From: Octopus sinensis
Taxonomy: Eukaryota
Length of the DNA: 64,000 nt
Direction: 5' to 3'
Assembly: GCF_006345805.1 (NCBI RefSeq)
Contig: NC_042998.1
Span: 7,192,001 to 7,256,000, forward strand
Every line of letters starts with the position of its first letter. Positions within the stretch are counted from its first letter, which is position 1. The position numbers and the translations under genes are program-made. Positions 48,723 through 60,659 of this stretch are shown here, piece by piece. The notes beneath the pieces are model-generated. The model ran no database searches, had not been told where the DNA came from, and saw nothing but the letters and a program-made list of their open reading frames with translations.

Positions 48723-48725
<3 letters not shown>
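48505..48725 (+). mobile_element. Penelope-like terminal fragment (second subfamily) with a hammerhead-like motif, flanked by (TA)n
   Basis: GTTT-CCGACGAA-GAGC-tcc-GCTC-GAAACGTT-AAAC at 48584-48618; downstream ttcctgagc..taataatac is shared with the 12265 fragment. Confidence 0.6.
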
Positions 48726-48780
<55 letters not shown>

Positions 48781-49772
48781 TATATATGTGGTACTTCAGT
48801 TTCTATCATCCAAATACTCTCATAAGGCATTGGTTGGCCACAGGTATAATAGAAGACACTTGTCCAAGTTGCCATGCAGTGGGACTGAACCCAGTACCAT
48901 GTAGTCAGGAAGCAAACTTCTTACCACACAGCTATGCCTGCACCTAAGAGATATTTAGCCTGACTATAGATATCATATTCTTAACCAAAATATTTATTGA
49001 AATAATTTGGAACATTGATACAACATTGATGCACACTCTTAACTCCAGGTTGAAACCAATTGATAAAAAGTGATTTACGAGACTGAGAGTCTACATGTGT
49101 GCAAATATATTTAGATGTAAAGAAACACAGAAAGGAAAGAAATAAATGTCCATATATCTAGACACATATTACATCCCTGTGGTTTAAGATTTGTCAGCTG
49201 CTTTATGCAGATTCTTAGATATTGTAATTTTATACATTAGATGGCAAAGTAATAAATTCTAATTTATTCAAATAAACTAATAAATTAACTTAAGAATCAC
49301 GAGAATGAAGAAAGAGAAGAGGAAATTGTTCTGTGTATTTCTTAAGGCAATCTATGCGAAACATTTATGGGTACAATAACTTCAATGAAATCTCATGGTT
49401 TCATAATGCAATCGATATCACAGTAGCCAGCCAAAAACAGCAGAACATCTGTGCTACCATCTAACAGCAAAATTATTCGATCTATTCAATATAGCAACTA
49501 CTGAATCTCCCTAAAAGAAAAGAAAAATGTCAGAACGGGGCCGGGAATATTTGGGTATTGTATAAGCTGAAACAAATCTAACAATATCTTATCTATAGCA
49601 AAATGCCAATATCTCCGGAAATAGCAAGTCTGAGAATTGGCTTGTAAACTACATCTTAGAACTAGGGTCATCACAACAGCATTATAGGTGCCTAGGCAAA
49701 CTAATACCTTGAGGTCTTTGGATTTGGTTTGCAAGATTCTTTATGAGTTCGTGTGTTGAAGCATATTCTGTT

Positions 49773-50038
49773 GTGTCTGGGGAGTCATTTTCTTTTTGTG
49801 CCTTATAATTTAACACACTCACCGGTAAAATTTCCACTTATTTCTTATTTTTATTTTCCTAAAATTTTCATTGCGTCTTGCAACCTTTTCAATAGTCTTT
49901 TCAATAGTCAAGGCTATTGAAAAGGTTGCAAGACGCAACGAAAATTTTAGGACAATAAAAATAAGAAATAAGTGGAAATTTTACCGGTGAGTGTGTTAAA
50001 TTATAAGGCACAAAAAGAAAATGACTCTCCCCAGACAC
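49773..50038. repeat. Long inverted repeat IR2 (123/125-bp arms, 18-nt spacer)
   Basis: 49773-49895 versus the reverse complement of 49914-50038: 2 mismatches and one 2-nt indel. The left arm continues upstream into sequence also present at about 6941-7009. Confidence 0.95.
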
Positions 50039-50528
50039 CTTGAGGCCTATTGTATATATTTATAAACAGCAATACCTCAATCCATAAAGCTCTCAGGCTT
50101 TATGGATTGAGTGTGCATGCTCAGGACCTTACTACCTTTACAATACTTCAGTTCATTTTTTTTTTTGTTTTAGAAACTATGGCTATGGCCATGCTGGATC
50201 ATTTTATTTGATGCTACATACTCTACAGATTTTTGTTTTGCTTTCTTTTTGTTTTTGGTTTGTCATTTTTTGTTTTGTTGTTTGGGTGATGTTTTTGTCC
50301 TTGGATTCAAAGTTTTATCAATTTTGGAATTGCTAGTAAATGGTTCACTGAGACTGTGGAACCTATTTTATTGTGCTCTTGTTATAACATTCCATGCATA
50401 GTCGATTTCTGACACTAAAACACACATTTGTCTATGACCTATGATTTCTTGAATTAAACACTAAATACTGGAATGTTTTGTCTTAGTTGCTCCTGATAGA
50501 AACTTGCTGATAATAATTCTTATCGTGT

Positions 50529-50822
50529 TAAGTTAAGTTAAGTTAATTTTTTGGCTCAAAAAGCAAGGCCATGTAGGGGGACATGGAGTTATGTACAGGG
50601 AGGGTGTTCATGCAAAGAGTTCAGGCCATTTCTGGTCAAGAGAGACTTTGAACCGAGCGGTCGTCGGCATCTTCACTATCTCGTCCAGCAGCTTATTCCA
50701 CGGATCCGCAACCCAGACGGAGAAAGCCCTTCTCCTTCGATTGAGATGAAATCGTCACAGATAGAGCTTTTCGGAGTGACCCCGCAGCTGACGCTCTGGA
50801 GCAGGAGTGAAGAACAGCTCTT
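50529..50822 (-). mobile_element. CR1-clade LINE family 1, 5'-truncated
   Basis: Reverse complement of 43090-43395, with a (TTAAC)n tail. Confidence 0.88.
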
Positions 50823-51264
50823 TTGATGTGTATGTATGTGTGTGTGTGGTTGTGTGTGCATGCATGTGTATATGTATGTGTGTGATCATGCATGTGTATA
50901 AATATATGTATACATAAATATAATAGTTCCTAAAATTAATGCAAGTTATGGAATGTCTTTCAATTCCAAATTCCTCATCTTTGGTCGTAGGTCTTATAGA
51001 TGGTTGCAGTGCCAGTAACACTGATGGGTTTCCCCTCCTACGATTCATAAAAGTGTAATTTGTTCTGTGAAGGGGGAAGAAACCCTAAAGACAAAGTATT
51101 TTTATATCTTGCATTTCATTCCCTACAACCATCTTGCTTTCCAATGATGATGGGATTTCCAACCCTTTTTGGGCTTCAGGATTTCACTGTGACCTTGGCA
51201 AGGTGGCTCATGGGTTCTGCACCTTGCCAAAAAGGCAACCCGTGATTTTGACCAGTATAAGGGA

Positions 51265-51470
51265 AATGTGCTTGCACTCTATGGACCTGCTGCTATGGAT
51301 ACCAAAGCACGACCATACTAGAGCAGGTTGTCTAAACACAACATACATAGATCAATTTCCCAGAGACAATAGATGCCTCCCTGAAGACCTCCCTCATCCT
51401 AATATAGGACGAAGACAGATGGCATGCATGGGTTCAGAATGTCTGAGCAAGCTTGAGCAGATGATGATAC
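51265..51470 (+). mobile_element. RTE-clade LINE 3' fragment, second family
   Basis: MDLLLWIPKHDHTRAGCLNTTYIDQFPRDNRCLPEDLPH...DRW parallels the RTE C-terminus at 33911; atgatgat tail. Confidence 0.65.
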
Positions 51471-51524
51471 ATATCATAAAGTTCTGTGAAGCCTTTCACC
51501 ACAATTCATCTTCTAACATCTATC

Positions 51525-51920
51525 CATCATCATCATCATCATCATCATCATCGTTTAACATCTACTTTCCATGCTAAAATGGGTTGGACGAATTGACTGA
51601 GGACTGGCAAACCAGATGGCTGCACCAGGCTCCAATCTTGATCTGGCAGAGTTTCTACAGCTGGGTGCCCTTCCTAACACCAACCACTCCGAGAGTGTAG
51701 CGGTGCTTTTATGTGCCACCGGCACAGTACTGGCAACAGCCATGCTCAAATGGTGTTTTTTACGTGCCACTAGCACATGAGCCAGTCCAGTGGCACTGGC
51801 AACAACCTTGTTCAAATGTTTTTTTACGTGCCAGTAAGGCAATTGCTGGTAACGATCACACTCGGATGGTGCTCTTAGCGCTCCACTAGCACAGATGCCA
51901 GTCAACGAATTTGATTTTGC
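51525..51920 (-). mobile_element. Retroposon family C with about 4 modules
   Basis: (CAT)n tail, core and modules. Confidence 0.78.
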
Positions 51921-53094
51921 ACCCATTATCCCTTTACACTTCACATCAACTCCCTATTACTGTCACTTATCCCCTTCTCTGATTCCTCTCTGATCCCCTT
52001 ACTCATGTTCCCTGTTCACTGTGTCTACCTCTATCCCTATCTATAACCATCTGTCACTCTCCTTACACTCTCTCGCAAACTTACCATACACCTATTCTTT
52101 CTAATTCTCTATCACTTTTCTCTCTCTTATATTCATCTTGTGCATCAATGGTACACCCTCACCATCTCTTTTTACTCTCTCTTTCCAGCTGGGAAAAACC
52201 ATCTATTTTTCCTCGGCAACACACCTGTTACTCTATCATACATTAATTTCTTAATACTTTACATTAAGCCATCACCCTAAATTCTTCACCTACATTCAGT
52301 TGAACAATCTCAGAACAATCTTGGAAGTTATTTGTTGAGCTATTCAGTGCAGGGTGACATGTAGAAGGCACCCAGTACACTCTGTAAAGTGGTTGGCATT
52401 TGGGAAAGCATCCAGCCATAGAAAACATGTCAAAACAGACATTGGAACTTGGTGCAGTCATCTGGTTCATTGGTTCCTCTTGACTCATCCAATACATACC
52501 AGACTGGTCACCTACAAGAAAATAAATTCATCAGTAAAAGCACTGAATTCAGAGAACATATTAAATATATGCAGGCTTGAGCTAGCAAATCCATTAGAGC
52601 TCTAATTAGAATGCTTTGCAGTCATTCTGGCCGTCTGAGTTCAAATTACACTGAGGTCAACTTTGCCTTTCATCCAGTCAGGGTCAATAAAACAAGTGCC
52701 AGTCGAGCACTGGGGCTGGTTTAATCAATTTACCCCTCCCCTCAAATTGCTGGCATTGTACCAAAATTTGAAACCAATGAATTATAGTACAGATCAAATA
52801 CTAGAATAAATTCTTCCCCTCTGTCTCTGTCTCTCTCTCTCTCTCTCTCTCCCTCTCTCCTCTCTCTCTCTCTCTGGCACTTAAAAGCACCCACTACACT
52901 CTCGGAAAAGTTGGCATTAGGAAGGGCATCCAGCTGTAGAAACTCTGCCAGATTAAGATCGGAGCCTGATGCAGCCATCTGGTTCGCCTGTCCTCAGTCA
53001 AATCGTCCAACTCATGCTAACATGGAATGCCGACGTTAAACGATGATGATGATGTTGATGATGATATATATATATATATATATATACATACATA

Positions 53095-53915
53095 CAGGGT
53101 ACGATGGCTAAATTGTCGCCATTTTATACTTAGAATTTTGCACATGCACATCGTTTGTTTTTCATTCTGTCAGCTACACAGTATAGTAGGGTTAGTTGGG
53201 CACCGTCTGTGGGAAAAACGGCACAATGATGCAATTCACTCTGCCAGGAATTTGGAAATGACAAGCTGTACTGCTTGACACCAGAAGATCCAATGTGAAC
53301 ATTTAAGAGTGTCTGGTTGTCAATCTGAGGACATGTACCAAGAGTAATAAAAATGAATCAACCAGTCAAAATCATGGTGTTTGGAGTGATCACTAGTGAT
53401 GGTGACGTTATGCCTCCATTCATCTCCCCCTACAGCCTCACACTCAACACGGAGGCCTACAGCAAGTGCCTGGAGGAGGTAATGCTACCCTGGGTCAAGA
53501 GGGTGGCTATTGGAAGGCCCTATGTCTGGCAACATGACTGCCCCATGCCACACAAGCAGGAGAACCCAATCATGGCCGTCAGATAATTTCTGAGACCACA
53601 TCACCCCTAACATCTGATCACCTGATTATTACGTGTGTGGCATAGTTGAGTGAGGGACCAACAAAACTCCTTGTAACACCAAAGATGAACTGAAAGCAAA
53701 AATCATGGCATCATTCACTAACTTAAAGAAGGAGTCTGTCCAGAAGAGTTGCAGGTGATTCTGAAACTGTCTTGAGGCCATGGCTGAAACCAATGGCAAT
53801 TATATTGAATAAATTTACTCTTTAGTATTTCAAGATATTTTTGGGTAATTTTGATAAATGTAACTGTTAAAATGAGTTGTTCTCGTTATTTTCACTTTTG
53901 CGTAAATGTAGACGA
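53095..53915 (+). mobile_element. Internally deleted Tc1/mariner-superfamily (maT/DD37D-like) transposon
   Basis: TA|CAGGGT left end. Peptide IMVFGVITSDGDVMPPF...YSKCLEEVMLPWVKR..GRPYVWQHD then frameshifted APCHTSRRTQSW...SPD..DYYVCG...TKDELKAKI...NYIE. Right TIR degraded. Confidence 0.8.
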
Positions 53916-54118
53916 CAGTCTACATACTTTATAAGAAAATGTAATTTTCTAAAAATATATATATATATATGTGAAATAGAAAGATGAATAATCTTGTAGC
54001 AGATTAATCAAAAGTTTAACCGATACCTTGGTAGCAAAAATCACAGCAGAAGACAGCACGGTTGGAGGTACAACCATATGGTGTTGCAACCGTGCGTTGG
54101 TGCGGATAATTGAATTTT

Positions 54119-54339
54119 AATATTATTGGTGAATTGAAGAAATGGAGCTGAACGAAGATTGAACAGAAAACGTTTTATTTCATTCTACACGTGTTTCGAA
54201 AGGCACAATTTACCAAAATCCGATTGAATAATGAGACCATATTGGTAAATTGTGCCTTTCGAAACACGTGTAGAATGAAATAAAACGTTTTCTGTTCAAT
54301 CTTCGTTCAGCTCCATTTCTTCAATTCACCAATAATATT
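54119..54339. repeat. Long inverted repeat IR3 (two perfect 98-bp arms, 25-nt spacer)
   Basis: 54119-54216 is the exact reverse complement of 54242-54339; (TA)n directly to the right. Confidence 0.96.
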
Positions 54340-54364
54340 TTATATATATATATATATATATACA

Positions 54365-54781
54365 TAGGCGCACAAGTGGCTGTGTGGTAAGTAGCTTGTT
54401 TACCAACCACATGGTTCTGGGTTCAGTCCCACTGTGTGGCATCTTGGGCAAGTGTCTTCTGCTATAGCCCTGGCCCAACCAATGCCTTGTGAGTGGATAT
54501 GATGGACAGAAACTGAAAGAAGCCTGTCGTATATATGTATATATATATGTGTGTGTATGTGTTTGTGTGTCTGTGTTTGTCCCCCTAGCATTGCTTGACA
54601 ACCAATGGTGGTGTGTTTACGTCCCTGTCACTTAGCGGTTCGGCAAAAGAGGCCGATAGAATAAGTACTGGGCTTACAAAGAATAAGTCCCGGGGTCGAG
54701 TTGCTCGACTAAAAGGCGGTGCTCCAGCATGGCCATAGTCAAATGACTGAAACAAGTAAAAGAGTAAAAGAGTAAAAGAGT
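54365..54781 (+). mobile_element. SINE-A inserted in (TA)n
   Basis: Family consensus with TA repeats on both sides. Confidence 0.9.
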
Positions 54782-54815
54782 ATATATATATATATATATA
54801 ATATATATATATATG

Positions 54816-54886
<71 letters not shown>

Positions 54887-55319
54887 TCTAGTTACATTTC
54901 TCTTGGAAAAATTGCATTCATGCAATGGTTGTGTTCATAACTGTAGGATGAGCTCTGCCAACAATCATATGCTCAAGACACACTGTATATCCATCCCTAT
55001 GGTATTCATATTATAACTCCAACAGGAGTTGAGTCCCCTGCTCCAGCAAAGAATATATATCTGCACCAAAATAGCTGTAATATCAATTGCCTCCTTTAAG
55101 CTTAAATATTGTGCATGATTGCAAATCATTTCTGACATCCAGGATGTTAAGCACACCATGGAACGATATGGAGAATAATAGAAAGTGACTGGAATACATG
55201 ACAGTGATTGAGCGAAGCAGGGTAGGATATTATATGGAGAGGAGAGAGAGAAAGGAGAAGTACAGAAGGGAGAAATGGGCGGAAAAAGGAAGACCGTGTT
55301 ACTGTGTTTATATAAGATA

Positions 55320-55892
55320 TAAGTATGGAACTGCGCGTGTGTGTGTGCGTGTGTGTGTGTGTGCGTGTGTGTGTGTGTAAATATGTAAATATGCATACAT
55401 ATATATACATATATGTGTGTGTGTGTATAAATATATATATACATTTGAGCATGTGTACTTGTGTGTATGCATATGTATACACACACATTTATATATATAT
55501 ACATATATTTATATGCATACTTATATATATACACATATATGTATATTAATGCACTTGCATGCATATGTGCATATATACATGTATATATATATATATATAC
55601 ATATATATAAACATATATTTAATATATATGCACACATATTTATACATACATACATATATACATACATACGTAAATACATACATGCATGCATGCATGCATG
55701 CATGCATACATACATACATACATGTATATACATACATACATACATGTATGTATGTATGTATGTATATATGAAAGAGAAGCAAATTATGAAATATATATCA
55801 AGAAAATAGCAACCAATTGGTGACAATCAAACTTTATACTATATGGCATCAAAATATATATATATGAAGAAATATATATATGTTTGTGTGTG

Positions 55893-55930
<38 letters not shown>

Positions 55931-56130
55931 TATACACAATACTTGCACACAACACATACAAATATGTACATGTACACATACATAACAAATACATGCTTGC
56001 ATATATACATCCATACATACATACACACCTGTATACATTTGTAGCCTAAGAGAGTGCATATGTATATATATACATACATACATAAATGACACACAGACAC
56101 ACACACACACACACACACAAATATGCACAC
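55320..56130. repeat. Large compound TG/TA/TACA/CATG microsatellite block
   Basis: Visible directly in the sequence. Confidence 0.9.
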
Positions 56131-56441
56131 TAACAAAGCAGTTTAAAGATTATGAAATCATATGCTTTCATACCGTCAAACCTGGTAGGATGTCCATAGA
56201 CAGCCTGTCAAATTACATTGATAGCATGCAACTGCACATTAAAGGTATAAGCAAGGTGACTTCATTTCATTTGATTATGGAAAGGATAAGAAAGTCCTAA
56301 ATGCTGAGATGGGAATTCAGTGCAACAGCTTATTCTTGGGAAAATGGACAGGAATCAAATTATTTACATGCATACATACGTATTATATACACATATATAT
56401 ACACATACATATGTACATGTATGTATATATACATGTATATG

Positions 56442-56499
<58 letters not shown>

Positions 56500-56524
56500 T
56501 GTATGTATGTATATATATATATAT

Positions 56525-56740
56525 CGTCCAAATTTACATAAAACAAAAGATGAAGACCCGGTGAGGGAACAACAAGTAGGTGTGTTGTTAGTTTAACTCT
56601 TGGGAAGAATGGAAAAGTCTTTGACATTTCAGGCCCTACACTCTTCAACGGAAAGGATTGAGAAGAAAATAATGATGTGAGAACAAAACCAAAAAGGGAG
56701 AGAGATCAAAATGTGTAAGGATTAACAGTTCAATGAGCTA
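56525..56740 (-). mobile_element. Penelope-like terminal fragment with a decayed hammerhead-like motif, (TA)n on both sides
   Basis: Reverse complement CCTTT-CCGTTGAA-GAGT-gtag-GGCCT-GAAATGTC-AAAGA at 56618-56656; homologous to 12893-13135. Confidence 0.55.
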
Positions 56741-56762
56741 TATATATATATATATATTTATG

Positions 56763-56793
<31 letters not shown>

Positions 56794-57074
56794 TGGCAGA
56801 AGTTCTTCAAGGAAGAAACCCTGCTTATGCAAAAGTTTTAGCCCTTAACTTCTTATACACTAACTTGGCCTGACCAGTTTCAGGTTGATTCCTAGATACT
56901 CCTCAACTAGCATAATTTGTGCTACCTTTTGTGTTCTAACCTGCACTTTCCTGGGTAGTTTGGTGCCTCTAAACCAAGTTATTTTGTATGTTGTAACATG
57001 AAACAAAAACAATTTGCAAACATATTTACATTCCCATATAACAGTTAAGAACATCACTATTTTTGTATTACACA

Positions 57075-57235
57075 TGCGCATTAGTGTTCGTTGTTCGACT
57101 AGGTGCTACTGGCTTAATTACGCACAACTCAAGTTGCGTATTATACACAAGGTTTAAGCTTTTCAGAAGTACAGCCTCCTAAAAATCCCCTGCGTATTAT
57201 ACCCAAGGGTGGACTATACTCGAGGATTTACGGTA
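57075..57235 (+). mobile_element. Right end of a Tc1/mariner-superfamily (Tc2/pogo-like) MITE
   Basis: Ends TATACTCGAGGATTTACGG|TA with repeated tgcgtattatac sub-terminal motifs; matching left end not found. Confidence 0.4.
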
Positions 57236-57681
57236 ACTAAATCTTCAAGGCAGTGCCCCAGCATGGTCGCAGTCCAATGACTAAAACAAATAAAAGATAA
57301 AAGATAAGGATGTCAACACTTACTTGCCAACTGTTTTTCCCGTAGCGTACCTATGCCACCTCTCTCTATCTCTAACTAAATATAGTAGAGAAAACCCATT
57401 ATATTCACCTTTTTCGATACCATGGGGTACTTATCTAAAAGGACAGTGAATCCAAATAAGAACTGATTCAGTGGAGTTTCACTAATGTGGGAAACAGGCA
57501 TGTTCAGTATAGCGAATTGTTGAACGTAGCATATCATTCCTTATTTCTTAAGGAAACCACATTGAGCAAGATCGCTCAGTTGAAGCTAATCAATAATTAT
57601 TATTTCTGCTAAGTTTATTATTATCATTAAGCATATCTCTAACTTCAAGGAAATTGAATGTATATATATATATATATATGG

Positions 57682-57778
<97 letters not shown>

Positions 57779-57844
57779 ACACAATGTTTCTCTATATCTC
57801 TCTCCATCCATTTCTGTTACCCAGAATCTGTGTGTGAGTGTATA

Positions 57845-58217
57845 TCTCTCTATATATATAAACGGCAGTTTGTCTGTGTGTGTTTCTGTGTGTCTGTTTG
57901 CTTGTACCCTCACCCTGACCACGGCTTTCAACCGATTCTGATGAAACTTGACACACACATAGCCCAATATCATAATTCAAAACTAACGCAGTGAAAATTT
58001 TGAAAAGTTCCCCCAGTTCTGAAAAAAAATCGATAAATTCGACATGGGGTCGAGAATCAGAAACACAAACCACAGACTGTCTAGGGGACGCAACTCCACC
58101 TTTTTAACTAAAAAAAAATTTACCATCATTTTTTTCCATTTTTTGGCTATAACTCTCTAAAAATGCTTTATAGTTATTTCCCTTACAAACCCGAGCAACG
58201 CCGGGCGATACTGCTAG
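57845..58217 (+). mobile_element. Non-autonomous Helitron (373 bp)
   Basis: A|TCTCTCTATATATATAAA 5' end, hairpin CCCGAGCAACGCCGGG at 58190-58205, 3' CTGCTAG|T. Confidence 0.82.
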
Positions 58218-58259
58218 TATATATATATATACAAACACACAACTCGTGCATGTGTTTGT

Positions 58260-58390
58260 GTACGCACACACACACATACATACACACATACACACAAACA
58301 TATACATAAATCATTCTATACACATTTCCCTCTTTCTTTCTCTCTCTCTGTACATTTATGCACAGACAGACAGACAGACGGACAGATAGA

Positions 58391-58421
<31 letters not shown>

Positions 58422-58548
58422 GCAGATAGATGATAGATAGACAGACACACAGACACACACAGACAGACAGACACACTAGCACAGACAGACACACTAGCAC
58501 AGACAGACACACAAACAGACAGACAGACACACAGACAGACACACACAA

Positions 58549-58579
<31 letters not shown>

Positions 58580-58640
58580 CACAAACAGACAGACACACAA
58601 ACAGACAGACAGACACACAGACAGACAGACAGACACACAA

Positions 58641-58719
<79 letters not shown>

Positions 58720-58720
58720 T
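58260..58720. repeat. Compound (GACA)n/(GATA)n/(GACACA)n microsatellite
   Basis: Visible directly in the sequence. Confidence 0.9.
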
Positions 58721-59214
58721 GATGATTTCACGATCTTCACAGATGATTGCTGTCTTCTTGTGGTCTTCATTGAAAATGCTATTTCAGGCTTTCCATTCAT
58801 GACCTCTCAGATTTCTATTCAGTCCCATTGCAAATCTGCACGGTCTGAAGCATTGGTGACAGACAAAAGTTGTAGCCAACCATGCCCTTCCAACCAGTTA
58901 GGTCAGCACATGTTGTCACTCTTCCGTCGCCGTAGGACTTTAGTAGTTAGAATAACAAATGAAATCACCAATAAGAGACATCTGTACGGTGGTACCCATG
59001 TTTGTGCAACATGGGTACCACCCTGTGAGTTACTGTGATTAGTACCTTATCACAAGCCAAAGCAAGAGAATAAGTAATCAGGTGAAACCACATGTTTTAC
59101 ACCAGAGTGTCCAACTCCTAAAAGGATACTGTGATAACAACTAGGGGTCTCTCACTCCCAGTGGTTTTACTGCATACCCTTGCTTAGATGGATTGTCATA
59201 CATACATGCATACA

Positions 59215-59377
59215 TACACAGAAGTGGGTGCTGGAAAGGTCCTGGTTTTAAGGGTGCCATGAAAGGCTTGGTTGGAGGCCCAAACTTCTGGGTTTGATTA
59301 CAGGGCTCAGAGAAACTGAAGGACTTCCTCAATAAGTATGTGACCCTGAGAGGGGAATTTTTCAGCACCCCTATGTA
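59215..59377 (+). mobile_element. Small mariner-derived MITE remnant
   Basis: Degenerate TIRs gggtgctggaaaggtcc and ggaatttttcagcacccctatgta; aagtatgtgaccctgagagggga resembles the mariner C-terminal KCVxLRGEY coding sequence. Confidence 0.45.
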
Positions 59378-59491
59378 AGCACATACATACATACATGCAT
59401 ACATACATACATACAGACAGACAGACAGGCAGACAGACAGACAAACACACACGCACGCACACACACACACACACACACATACATACATACA

Positions 59492-59522
<31 letters not shown>

Positions 59523-59964
59523 GTATATACACATATATGTAAATATACAGATATATATATACATACATACATACATACATACACACACAAACACACATTA
59601 TCTCATGTATTCTCTCTCTCTCGCTCTCTCTCTACGTCTATGAAGACCCAAAGCTATAGAAGTTTGGTTTCACAGTGAAAGTAGGCTGTGAAGCATAATG
59701 GAGAGACACAGCAAAGGAAATTGGATTCACCATCAACTATCAAAGAGAGCAGTAACACTGGACAAAGTTCTGCATGGAAGAGACATGGACTCTGCAAGTT
59801 GCAAAGCAGGCAACACATCAAGGAGAATTGCAACTGTGAATAAAAACTGACACAGTGAAAGCGCATACAGTAGAAGTAGTCTCTTAACTAACAATGCAAG
59901 TAACATCATAAATATACACCCAGTCTGTACCATAAAATAGTTTGTCATAGAAAAAAGGCATCGT

Positions 59965-60510
59965 CATTATCATTTAACGTCCGTTTACCATGCTAGCATG
60001 GGTTGGACGGTTTGAGTGGGGTCACAAGGCTGTGAGCTGGCAGAAACGTTAGTACGCGTAGCCGTATTTCGTCTGCCATTTCGTTCTGTGTTCAAATTTC
60101 GCTGAGGTCGACTTTGCCTTTCATCCTTTCGGGGTCGATAAATTAAGTACCAGTTACGCACTGGGGTCGATATAATCGACTTAATCCGTTTGTCTGTCCT
60201 TCTTTGTCCCTTCTGTGTTGGGCCCCTTGTGGTAGTAAAGAGATAGGTTTGTCCGGGGTCTGGACAGCCAGGAGGCTGCACCAGGCTCCAGTCTGATCTG
60301 GTAGTGTTTCTACAGCTGGATGCCCTTTCTAACGCCAACCACTCTGTGAGTGTAGTGGGTGCTTTTTACATGCCACTAGCGCAGGTGCCAGGGGAGGTTG
60401 GCAACGGCCACAATCGGTTGGTGCTTTTTACGTGCCACCAGCATGGAAGCCAATCAAGGTGGCACTAGCATCAGCCACGTTTGGTTGGTGCTTTTTATGT
60501 GCCACTGGCA
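59965..60510 (-). mobile_element. Retroposon family C interrupted by a SINE-B (+, about 60024-60245)
   Basis: Degenerate 15-bp TSD ggtttgagtggggtc (60009-60023) and ggtttgtccggggtc (60246-60260), 12/15 identical. Confidence 0.8.
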
Positions 60511-60659
60511 CGGGTATCACACAGCCATAAAAAGTACAAAAACATTTGAATTATGCAATAGAAGCATCTCTATAATAAAAACATTATCAATGCAACATAT
60601 TTAGTGTTTGTGTGTTGTTTAAACACCAGAAGCTGCAGTTTCTCACTGAGCAAAAGTCC

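Noticed and set aside
51195-51230. 11-bp inverted repeat ttggcaaggtg/caccttgccaa
   Set aside because: Short enough to be incidental or part of the adjacent decayed RTE region; no supporting context.
59676-59691. Candidate next RasGRF exon (tttcacag|T GAA AGT...), which would complete S-E after LN
   Set aside because: It hits TGA after four codons and does not match the expected ETIMFLH-like sequence.
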